Part shown: positions 12,042 to 23,000 of the stretch, in pieces | Layout of the letters: the number at the start of each line of letters is the position of its first letter | How positions within the stretch are numbered: position 1 is the first letter of the stretch | DNA from: Trypethelium eluteriae | Lineage: Eukaryota | Assembly (NCBI GenBank): GCA_051942245.1 | Contig: JAVECL010000150.1 | Coordinates: 1 to 42,586 of the forward strand | Length of the DNA stretch: 42,586 nucleotides | Reading direction: 5' to 3' | Made by a program: the position numbers and the translations under genes | The notes under the pieces: model-generated | What the model saw: only the letters and a program-made list of their open reading frames with translations | Told to the model about the DNA's origin: nothing | The model's database searches: none

Positions 12042-12844
12042 ATGGTCTCCTTGAAATACTTCGCTACCTTGGTTGCCACCATATGCACCACAGCAGCTCA
12101 AAATACAACAGTTCGGTATATGCCATTCGGCGACTCGATTACAGAGATTACGTGCTGGCGAGGCTAGTCTCGCAGTCGCTACAAACGGCGGGACTGACAA
12201 ATGTCAACTTTGTCGGCTCCAATAACGACCAGAACCCAGCCGGCTGCCCTACCTCCAAGTCCTCGAACTATAACGAGCACAATAAGGCCATTCAGGCTAC
12301 CGGGCCGTTAACATAGCCAACCAGAACCAGCTCGCGGGCTGGCTACAGCAAAACCCGGCGGATGTTATTACCATGCATCTCGGCACCAACGATGTTGTCT
12401 ACGGCCAGAGCATAACTAGCATTCTTGCAGCCTTCACTACGCTCGTGCAGCAGATGCGTGCATCCAATGCGAATATCAAGATCATTGTGAGTTGAGAGCG
12501 TACCATGTACCCATCTCTCTATCCATCCTTACCTGATTCCCTCGTAGGTAGCCCAAATAATCCCCATCTCCTACGCCCAATGGAATACTGGCAATATCGC
12601 TCTTAACGCCGCCATTCCTTCTTGGGCTTCAGGTCTCAACAGCACCGCAAGTCCCATATTTGTAGTCGACCAGTACGATGGCTTCGACGCGTCAACCGAC
12701 CTAAGAGATGGCATCCATCCTAACACTGCTGGGGACACCAAGACGGCTGCGAAGTGGTACCCTGCGCTCGTTCAGGCGATCAATCTAGTGACGCAAGAAG
12801 CGGAGCAGAGTGGAAAGAGAGAGGTAGAGTTTGTGGCGTACTAG
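12042..12844 (+). pseudogene. Secreted SGNH/GDSL esterase (carbohydrate esterase family 3-like) with two 1-nt frameshifts
   Basis: Signal peptide, MPFGDSITE, (G)HSGY, MHLGTND and DGIHPN. The frame is lost after CWR (~12163) and before HSGY (~12287). One intron, GTGAGT 12487 to TAG 12548. Confidence 0.85.
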
Positions 12845-13127
12845 TTGGAAGCAGGAGGCGTATGAGTGGCGTGCGAACGGCGGACGCTAGATCTGCTAGC
12901 CCAGAAGGGGCTAGAAAGGCATCTTCACACATGTAGAATTACCGGCCAATTACCATTTCCTTCAAGAGTGAGACACCAACACGGATTTGAGAAACCCCTC
13001 CTTTTTTTTCGTTCTGCTACACTACACGCAGCCTACCGGGTCCTCGGATCCACCAGTGCGAGCTATGCATGAGGCTGGAAACGACACTAGACTATGGTTA
13101 AGGGACATTCTGTGGGCCAACGTTCAA

Positions 13128-13538
13128 ATGTCAGGTTGGTACTCCTTTCCGACCCCTGCTTTGCAAAATGCTTCTAAGATAACTTCTCTTTCTGAAGGGA
13201 ACGTAGCTTCTTCGCAAGCTTCTTGGCAAACGGTGTATTGGGCCTTGGTTCCACTTGCACTCGGAGCTATGACACAAACAGAATTAACAGTGTTGGCAAA
13301 CAAACGCCCGCGTCTAGCAATCTGGCTCCATAGCTCTCCAGTTCAGTGCGCACTGGACTCCTTAATGCTCCTCTACAATATCTTGGTAGAAATTTTACAA
13401 GGCCATGCGTTTCTGCAAGTTATCACCATTGTCCGGCAAACATTGAAGAGTGATGATGGACTTGTGGCTCTTACAAGATCTAGGGAATTACGCTGGATCC
13501 TCGTGATCATTCCTGGCCTGATATTGCGTTATTGTTGA
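13128..13538 (+). pseudogene. Truncated fungal membrane protein fragment
   Basis: Hydrophobic ORF with WALVPLALGAMTQ...HSSPVQCALD, a pattern I recall from longer multi-TM fungal hypothetical proteins; stops soon after RWILVII. Confidence 0.4.
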
Positions 13539-13977
13539 TGAAAGCACAAGACAACCATAGCAGCAACACGACCATATATGTACGGGAATTGGGCGAATTG
13601 ATGCACGACATTCATATCGCCTTCCTTTTGAGCGCAATATTAGAACAAAAAATCATTGGCGACACGAGTATCCCTTTTCCCAATACCATAATGTATGGAT
13701 CATTTCCTTACATAATAGCATGGATCCTTGTCTCTCCGAAAGTTTTGTGTTGGTCGATGATCCGAGATTTTGTGAGTAGGGTTCTATGAAGCTTGCGTCT
13801 TCCCACTGATTTCCTTCTCTTTTGTCATTCTAGTAGCCCGACCAATTTTCCATGAGGCATACATCCCTTCCATCAGTAGGAAAAAGCATGATTCAAAGCG
13901 AATGGATTATGGGATAGTGCGTCGAAATCGAGCATTCATTTGTCCGATGGCAGGTTTACACACACCTCACCATAGGT

Positions 13978-16900
13978 CTACTCTATATCGATATCCTCGC
14001 ACCTCTCTTCCTCAAAAGCCTCACCTTCCATTAAACCGTGCACATAGCATTCTCCAATGTGGTTCCACTTCTCACCTTGCTGTCTTATAACATACGGAAC
14101 CTGTCCGCCTTTGAGCAATATGAAGTGATCGCCGGCTCTAGATTCATAAGGTACGAGCGCGAAGTATCCCTTCTCCGTGACCGCAAACTTGCGAATAGAA
14201 GCAGGATTTAAGAGTTTCATAAACGGGAATGCTTTTGTCACGCTCCTGAAAACAAAGTCTCGTTGCGATTCGGTAAGAGCGATGTGGTCTTCTGTAAGCA
14301 ATGACATCACAGTAGGGCTCTGTGCGACGTCATAGAAGTCGCGCAAGTATTGTAGGGATTGCGAGAAGTTCTTGTGAGCCTGGTGTGCTGAGACAGTCAT
14401 CACGAATGCAGTCTCTCGGATTTCACCTGTGGGATAGGAGGTCTGTGCACTGGTGACGGAATTGGAAAGAGCGAGCTCGTACCAGGATGCTATCGTTAAC
14501 AAACGGTCTTGAATTACTGAGAGCGCACCGGACATAGCCTTAGCATCACCCAGCATAATGTTCGTCAATATGTCAGTAGTGGAGTCGAAGCGAGCATCGT
14601 GATCATTCCTCTTGAAAAGGATGCTAGATTTGCATAGAGAGGTGATGCGGTCGATCGTATGGCCTTGGACGCGCAGAACGATATTCTTGCAGAGTGTAGC
14701 TGGTGGGCCGGACGAATTTCGCGTTGCAGCGAATTGCGGCTCTGGATCATCTCTGTATGATTGGATCATTCCAGGCTGACTACTGGAGTCGGCCCAGTTG
14801 GGGACCCATGACGGGTGGCTCGAATCTAGCTGAGCGCCGCGAGGTATCGAAAGAATATCATAGCTGTTATACTCGTTGATGAGAGCAAAAGCTATCTTCG
14901 TGAAGACATTGGAAGCATCTGAGTGATAATCTGGACGCAAGTGCAGTTTCTCTAGGCTTGAAGTGGTTATGCCGTAGAATGCGAAAGCTTTGTCTCGTGG
15001 ATCAGTAGCCATATATGGTCTGAAAATCAGTAGTAAAAGAAGAATCGGAACTTCCTGGTAGTCACTCTCGACAGTTTTAAGTTTGAATTGTAGCTCGATG
15101 AGGCGTCGTATGCGTTGTTGATGAGTAGGCTTGCTACAATCAATGCAGCAGAAGATGCAGGCGCATAGGATCATTCCGAGGGATGTGAACCTCTCACCGC
15201 ACATGATAACGGCATGATTCGAGACGCCAATATCTTGAACAACCCATGCACGAACGAACCACGGCCTCTGAATAAGCCGATTGAGAGCAAAAACCTCGTC
15301 CATACTTGGGTGCATGGCCTTGGTATATCCAATCTCATGATCTATCAAAGCGATAGCTGAAGAGTCTTCAAGTTTGGACACCCGTTCTGCAAGAAATGGG
15401 TCTAACTCTTCCCAAGATTTCATACCTAGCTTTTTAGATATGGCCTCCAATCTCTGCAACGCGATAGGAGCCAGTCGATCACAGAGAGAAAATGCAATGT
15501 CACTTCCCTCGTACGCTTCGCCGAGCCAAACAATGGTACAATTTGCGTGCGCGTAGATAATCTTCATGAGAGTGACTTGATCTTCACGTTCTTTGAGGTT
15601 GTCTTGATTGATACTGATGGCGTCAATCCATAGCATTCTTGCGGACCTAGCCAAACGAAGTTGCCGGAGAGCTATCTTCAAATTGAGCGTAATATCTAAT
15701 CGACGTCCATCGCACATTATCGGCGTGCGCTGCGTAGAATCTCCCCAGACGTAGGATAAGGCATCATAAGCCTTATTCTTGGCATTCTCGAGTGCGATGG
15801 GTTTTAGGGTGCATACAATGTCTTCATACCCTGAACCAGGAGCCAGCTCGATCAGACGGATAGATTTTGAGTTGGGCAAAGGCAAATATTCCAGAAAAAT
15901 GCTGTCTTCACCTGGCTTCGGCGCTAGGAAATTCGATCTCTCTGGGGACCCCCCATTGGAAAGATCGCAGCCCTTTGATCCACCTTCGCTTGTAGCTTCC
16001 TTCACTGAAGCGTCCGTCGTGAATTCCGGTTCGGCACTATTAAGTTGGCCGTGAACAGATACATTGCTCGAAGATGCTGCTTTATCCGAATATCTTTGCG
16101 GCTCGACATCGACAGCGTGTAGCTCAGCTTGGACGGGCTCTTCAACAACTCTCCGGCCATGGGGCAAAGGGACTAGCGGATATCTTTGGTTGCTCCATTC
16201 GCGTATTGCATCCAAAACTATACTTCCATCTATCGTCGGCGGCCCACCGTCAATTGGAGACTCGAACACCTTGCCGATAGCTCGTCTTGCGATTGATTCG
16301 ACGTCGCGACCGTTCCCCCAATCCTTCATTGTGCGTAGGATATCAAAGATATCCATAATCATCTCTTCATCTTCTCCAAATGCCGCTTTCACACCTAATG
16401 CTTCAATCTTAACCCTAAGAAGCGTAGTACAGCCCTCAATTGAGAGATTCTTAAAACTGATGATCCCTTCAAACCGACTGGCCAGCCCAGGATTTGTGTC
16501 AAGCATTTTATCCATCATCGACTCATATCCTGCAAGAATGATAATCATTTTTCCTAAAAACCTAGGCTTCGTCATTGCATCGACTAGCTCATCTCTCGCT
16601 TCTTTGGTGTAAGCATTGCCATCTTTGTCTTCAGCAAGTCTGTATGCCTCATCAATGAATAGGACTTTTCCAAGAGCGCTTTTCAAGAGTTTCCGTGTTT
16701 TTTTTGCAGTTCGGCCTAAATATTCTGAAATCATATCGCTCACTGAAGCCTCCAAAACTTCATCTATCAAAAGAAGGCCCATACGATAGAATACTTTGCC
16801 AATCTTCCTGGCTGCTGTTGTTTTTCCACAGCCTGGTTGACCCTTAAAAACAAAGGAAAATGGTACAATTAATGTGGGATCGACACCAAACTGTCTTGCA

Positions 16901-19218
16901 TTCTTCACTTGCTGAGCAAAGCGTTTGAGGATGTCGACACAAGCTTCAAACCCAACAAAATCTTTGAATTGATGAACAACTTCTTCCTCGGCATTAAGGA
17001 CGTTTGAATATTCTGGATCAAAATCATGCACAGTAAGAGGAATATCAGTATGGCGCTGATCCTTTAGGAGCTTTTGGAAACGATGCCGATGATGATCTAT
17101 CGCGCGCGAGAGCATATTATCGATTGCAGCTCCATTGCCAAAATTTGGCTTTTGTTTTGCGAGCTTAAGCAATTCAAGTGCCTTTTTGCGACCTTCAGAC
17201 GTAGTACAAAGGTCGAGCTGGCTCAGCTTAATATCTAGAACTGCAAGCAATTACTCCTCATTAAAATCTTCGAATATGAATGCATCATCAATCGGAAATC
17301 GACGTCTTAAACCGGGATTAGTATCTTGAATAAAGTTCTCCATCTCCTTCTGATATCCACACATAATAACACAGAGATCCTCTCCAGGCTTATTTTCCAC
17401 TTCCTTAATAAGAGTATCAGTGGCTTCTTGTCGAAATGGGCAATCATGATTACGTTTGGCGTCAAGCATGTAAGCTTCATCTATAAGAAGAACGTTACCA
17501 CGAGCTTCTTCAAGTATACTTTGAGCCTGAGAGGCAGAATGTCCGATGTATTCGCCAATAAAATCAGCTCCGCTCTTAACTATCAATTCTCCTGAAGAGA
17601 GGAGACCTAAGTCAGCAAGGATTCGGCCGTACAATCTTGCTACTGTGGTTTTGCCTACCACTCCTAGTCAGACTTTGCCATGGAGTGAACAGCTTGGGCA
17701 TGTGATTTTGGACTTCGCGCCTGTTACAGCTGCTAAGAGAAAGGTTCTTTTTCGCCTACCTGTACCTGGCGGCCCAATAAAAAGCCGCGAAAGCCCGACC
17801 TGGAGTGGTTTTTTCCCATCGAGCTCTCTATAGTAATCATAACCCAAGCTGTACGAGAAGGACCGAATTGACGATTTAACTGCTTCAAGTCCGACCATGC
17901 CCAGAAGCTCGTTCCAAGCAGGGGATTGCAGACTCTCGATGTTTGGCACTGGACCAAGCATATCTTCGGTAGAGATGAGCAATACGTTAGTTTTGCCTAG
18001 CAATTCTTCCGCTCCTTCTCTTTCAGCATCTTGCATTAGTCGTTCACTCTGCCTTTCGTATACTTTTAGCAGTTCCGCATGCACAGCTTCTTGAATGGTC
18101 TTCTTACTCTGATCGCAGTCTTTCACAATTCTTCGCGCTAAGATGCTGACCGGACCCTCAGGCGCCCCCTCTAGCTGCATACGACCCTTGAATTCTGTGT
18201 CAACTGAGTCTAGTATAGTGTTCAAAGCAAGCTGCACGCGGTCGCCGCTCGTTTGGTTCGTACTGTCTGAAGTCGCGTCAGGCAGAGTTCCTAGTTGCCA
18301 AGTGAAGCGAGACTTGATATTGTCAAAAGATGTTGTAAGCTTTTCAGTGTCAAGTCCCAAAATTATGACGAGGTTTGGGGTGCTTTCTAACTTCGATATG
18401 ACCTTGCGTCTTCCCGCAGAACATAATTCACCAGCGTCTTTTATATAGACTGTGCCAATCTCAGACCACATGAACGAGTCTTTATGATAGGTTTCGTCCA
18501 GGCAACATTGATTGCTTGCAGACACCCGTACGAATAAAGCCTCCTCAGAAAGGTAACCAGATGTCTTCAAGTAATTGTGATAGATTTCTGCTGCCTTAAG
18601 GACTTCGGATGGTTGTTTCTGCAATATCATCATATTCATTCTACTGCATAATTTCGTCAAATCAAGTCCCTGTCGCTGCCAAAGATTCGTGGACCACTGG
18701 ACTTTTTTTAATTGTTTGGAACTATCTCCAAATCCTTCCAGGTCTGAGATTGCTTCGATCGTTGATATTGTCGAAGAATCTTCTGGGACGTGTTCGTTGA
18801 GACCCTCGACCAGTCGCTCTGCTTGCGAAATCTCCGACTGTGAAGAAGTGGGTACTGATACGTTCTCTCCTGGAGAGACGCCTATGGGCGGCGTGCCGGG
18901 AGGAGTGGAAGAAGGCGCTGGGCTATGGAGGCTCGCTGGATAGGCTGAGCCATCCGTTGCTGATGGGGAAGTGGGATGAAACCTGCGACATTTTTTCCCA
19001 TCCAAGCATTTTCCGTTCAAATATTGCTCACACTTCCGAATCTGGAACCAGTATTTGCCGCGACGGCTAAAGCGCCAATCAACGGGAGGATCGTTCCACC
19101 GGTTCAACGTTGAATTCCATTCCCAGCCTGGAGGAGTTTCGACTGCGTATTTCTTGCGATCCCATGGTTTGTTCTTAGATAGAGACTTGATCGCAAGACG
19201 ATCTCTTGACTGCTTCAT
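13978..19218 (-). CDS. CCCH zinc finger + degenerate AAA + two CbbX/SpoVK-type AAA+ domains + C-terminal HET domain fusion (1711 codons) with one in-frame TAA at 17253-17251; exons 19218-17760, 17654-13978
   Basis: CEQYLNGKCLDGKKCRRFH (C-x7-C-x5-C-x3-H). Intron 17759-17655 restores GPPGTGKT; VLLIDEAY; NPGLRRRF; FEDFNEE*LLAVLDIKL continues in frame; PNFGNG; GQPGCGKT, VLFIDEAY, NPGLASRF, WGNGRDV. HET motifs IRLIEL, YDALSYVWG, LWIDAISINQ, QVTLMKIIY, PWFVRAWVVQD, then ATDPRDKAFA, PSWVPNW and IGECYVHGLMEGE. Confidence 0.9.
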
Positions 19219-19422
19219 TTTGGCCCTTCAGGGACCCAGGAGAACGGAGAGTCCGACCTTTCCTAAACGGAATCCGCAAAATCATGGGAGAAATTCGGCT
19301 TTGGTTGGAAGCCGCGAAAGGCTGCAAGAAAAGCAGCTCGTAAAGCGTGGTGTGTGTGATGATAATTGATGCAAGGTGGTGAAAGCTTGTAGATTAAGCT
19401 ATGGAGGTAAGAACCTTACCTA

Positions 19423-19623
19423 CGGGCGGGAGGGGGGTTTCCTAACCGGTAGTTTACTTAAAATTACAAAAAATTTGCTGTTACGAGCTAGTTCTCAGCC
19501 AAGCCCGTGTTAACACCCGTGTTAAGCTAGTGTTGACACGGATTAGACTAAAAGTTACGCCCATAAAAGCAAGTTTTTCGTAATTTTAAGTAAACTACCA
19601 ATTAGGAAACCCCCCTCCCCCCG
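19423..19623. mobile_element. MITE, 201 bp, TIRs of about 57-66 bp, TA target-site duplication (Tc1/mariner/pogo-type)
   Basis: Left end CGGGCGGGAGGGGGGTTTCCTAACCGGTAGTTTACTTAAAATTACAAAAAATTTGCT; right end (reverse complement) CGGGGGGAGGGGGGTTTCCTAATTGGTAGTTTACTTAAAATTACGAAAAACTTGCT; TA at 19421-19422 and 19624-19625; non-coding interior. Confidence 0.9.
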
Positions 19624-19660
19624 TAAGATCGACGGTTTCCAGTCACTACTAGAATCCGGG

Positions 19661-22361
19661 ATGGGCGCGAACCTCAGAGGAGCTTTCGATGCGGCAAACG
19701 CGGTAGCAGCATTGGGTTCAAATAACAAGTATTTTGACATTCCCCAATCCGTCAGTAGCATTTTTACCGGTCAAGAGAGCCTTCTCGACGAATTAGCCTC
19801 ATTCATGTTCTGTTCCATCCCAGAAATTCCAGCATCGAAGCATGAGTTCAGACATGCGCAGAAACGCTTCGTCATATATGGGCTAGGTGGTTCGGGAAAG
19901 ACTCAATTCTGCTGCAAGTTTGCTCAAGATAACCGGCAAAGGTGGGTCATACATATTTGCAGATTATGCTTTGTATTAAAGTGGCGCGTATAGGTTCTGG
20001 GGTGTGTTCTGGATTGATGGAAGCTCAGAAATTCGAGCTGAGCAAACATTTTCGTGGATCGCAAAAACCGCTGGACGGGAACCCAATGACCGTGCTGCAA
20101 AGAGTTAGTTATCATCATTGGAGAGGCCCTGGCTTCTTATTATTGACAATGCGGACGACGCCAATCTAGAACTTGAAAGCTTCTTTCCTGAGGGCGAGCG
20201 AGGCCATATTCTGATAACGACGAGGAATCCACTGCATAAGATTCATGGAACAATTGGCGAGGGCTTCTTCAATTTTGGCCAGTGGGACCCAGTTGCTGCT
20301 CGTGCTCTCCTTTTGAAGGCCTCCAACGAGCCACAGCTTTGGGGGCCCTCAGTTTTAGATCTTGCAACGAAGATCACGAAAGCTTTGGGCTACCTCCCTC
20401 TTGCAGTCATCGTTGCAGGGCGGACCATTTTAAAGGGCTTGTGTACACTGCGAGACTACCTCAATTTCTATGAAAGTAACTGGAAAAGAGTGCGGCAACG
20501 AGCGCATCGTAGGAAGTCCGATTCGAGCGTTCAGATCGAAGCAGACCCTCAATTCACCATCTATGTCAGCTGCGACGTGATGTATCAGAGTTTACAAAAC
20601 GAGCATAGCCAGGCTGCGAGCGACGCAATCGAATTGTTAAATGTCTTTTCATTCTTGCACAGGGAAAGCATCTCCGTCAAACTACTACTCCAAGGAGCAA
20701 CAAATCCCAAGGTAGAACAGGAGCATGGGAAGAAAACACATCGAAGACCTCCGAAAACTTGGCAGGAATGGTTTGAACCAGCACTTCTTATGCTATACCA
20801 AATGCTAAAGCCCGAACCTCCGAGACCAATTCTGCTGGATGTCCTGCGCGTTATTGAGGGAACCGACGAGGTATTCGACGTTTATAGATTACGAGAGGCT
20901 CTGGCTGAACTTAGCCAGCGATCCTTGATCATGTACCGTGCCGAGAAAGATAGTTACTCAATCCATCCTATCGTACACACATGGGTGCGAGAACGGCCTG
21001 AAATGAAGACAGCGGATCAGGCCATTTGGTGCAGGGCTGCCGCAACTATTATCTCTCAATCAATACTTCTTCCTCCGCTTGCAACAAGTGCAGCCGACGA
21101 CGACTTTCGCAGGGAGCTTTTACCTCATCTTTTATCAATACGTACGTACGAGCAAGAGATCCGCCATCAGTTCGATAGAAATAAAGCCGAGCGGAGGCGA
21201 GTTGTTCCATTTTTCCAACCGACGCCATCCATGAATCGAGCCGCGGCATTATCAATGGCCAAATATAGTCTAGTCTTTACACAATGCGGCTTATTCGAAG
21301 ATGCGCTGAAGGTTCAATTGGCGGCTTATGAGTTTCTGCATGGCCTGCTTGGACCAGGTCATATTTCGTCAATCCGGATTATGCTTGCCCTCGCGGGAAC
21401 GTATGGGCATCTAGGACAGGGGACGCAGGCTGCCGACCTTCAAGAGGAGGCATTGAAAAACAGTACTGAGTCTCTTGGCAACGCTCATCCAGACACTCTC
21501 CGGATTATGGACTCATTGGATGTGAGTCGCTGGATGCAGGCTCGGTTTGAAGAAGCAACCAATCTGCACGGGACTGCCATCGATGGTCTTACCCTTGCAC
21601 TTGGATCTGCCCATGAGGACACGCTCCGAGCAAAAGACCACCTAGGTCGCGTAGAGTCCAAATATCTTCGCCATGAGCGCGCACGCGAGCTTCACGCATG
21701 CGCAGCTGAAGGACTGAAAGCAACACTGGGCGAGGAACATCTCGATACATTAATCGCCATGGAAAACCTCGCCATGACCTATCTGGAGCTCGGCAACCCG
21801 TCTAATCTTGCCCTGGCACAGATAATCGAGGAGAAGGTGCTCGCCGCGCGCACAGCGAAGCTGGGTGGGGAGCACTTCTACACGCTGTGGTCCACGCTCA
21901 ACCTCGCACGCATCAGAGCATCGCGAGGCGACGTCGCCGAGGCCGAAGCTGCCATCCGTGCGGGCCTACTCATCGCGTATCGCAATCTAGGAGCAGACCA
22001 CATTGGCGTACTCAATGGACGCACGTACTTAGGATGGGTGCAGCATCTCGCAGGGCAGACGCGCACTGCGATCGATGAGCTGCGGGACGTAATAGCGCGG
22101 CAGGCGAAGCTTCCTACTGCGATCCGCGGTACACATCCGGATCGCTCAATGGCTATGTTCATATTAGCGGACTGCTACCAGACGGTGGGCCGTTTCGATG
22201 ATGGCATTGCGCTCTGTGCGGAGGCTATCAAAGGGATTAGAGACATTGGGGGACAGCATCACCCTTTTATTGGAAAGCTGGAAGAGAAGGTACGAGATCT
22301 TTCCCGGGAGCGAGAACGTGTGTTGACATCTGTTCGGCTTCCGTATAGGGGGCATAATTAG
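19661..22361 (+). CDS. Fungal NLR (NB-ARC + TPR), no N-terminal effector domain, 882 codons with one in-frame TAG at 20106-20108; exons 19661-19941, 19994-22361
   Basis: IFTGQE, Walker A GLGGSGKT; intron 19942-19993 gives RFWGVFWIDGSS; AAKS*LSSLERPWLLIIDNADD (Walker B), GHILITTRN, LGYLPLAV, YSIHPIVHTW; about 42-aa LGxxHxDTL TPR repeats. Confidence 0.9.
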
Positions 22362-23000
22362 ATAAGATAACCAATATGTACTCTCACCCTACGTACGGAG
22401 TATACAGAATTCAACCCAGATAGGAACCGTTCTCCCGAAAGCGTAATTTCAGTAGCCAATTCACCGGAACATAGGTAGATTACCGTGAGTTTCTGTGGAT
22501 ATTTGGGTAGAGTAGAGCCTGGCGTCCATCGCCCTCTCTATCTGTTACTTCAGGATCTAGGCGGACTGTACAGCCAACACGGGAAAATGTGGAAATGTTG
22601 CCGTCGACAAAGGTACCATTTGAAAAGAGAGCCGTAAATCCAATTGTATCCGGCATATCTCCGCCGTAATTGGCCACTTGGCATCTTACCCATTCAGGAC
22701 AGTCACGTGCAGAACCTTCCTAGAACCTTTATCTACCTAACCTAAGGTAGGTACCCAGGTCGCAGCACTACCCCAGGTAGACTACTTTCTAAAAGCGAAC
22801 ACCATCCAGATTGACAAGAAATGAGGCTTTTGGGATCTACAGAGATCTCCGAACCTTTTCATCGATTTGGACGGCTGGTGTATAGCATATTAAACAGCAG
22901 CTCCAACCCGATCTGGAGCTGCAGGGTTCTCACAAGCAATCAATTCATTAGATTTGGGTTCCAGTCGGCAGCTGATCCAATTACTGCGTAATCTCCAGCA

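Noticed and set aside
19030..19145. WW domain at the AAA-HET N-terminus (PPGWEW...GKYWF)
   Set aside because: Spacing between PPGWE and the aromatic cluster is too long and the terminal W..P is missing; cannot be supported without a profile search.
14565..19369. Numerous plus-strand and alternate-frame ORFs overlapping the large genes
   Set aside because: Antisense or frame shadows of well-supported coding regions.
19661..19725. Amyloid signalling motif (HET-s/PP/sigma type) at the NLR N-terminus
   Set aside because: MGANLRGAFDAANAVAALGSN is Ala-rich and helical-looking, lacks the N/Q/G pseudo-repeat pattern, and neither HET gene ends in a matching motif.
21300..22300. Hypervariable high-identity TPR array as in allorecognition NLRs
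   Set aside because: The repeats are strongly diverged from each other; no near-identical DNA units.
22400..22700. Minus-strand ORF fragment (NYGGDMPDTIGF...)
   Set aside because: Short, stop-bounded, no ATG or identifiable family.
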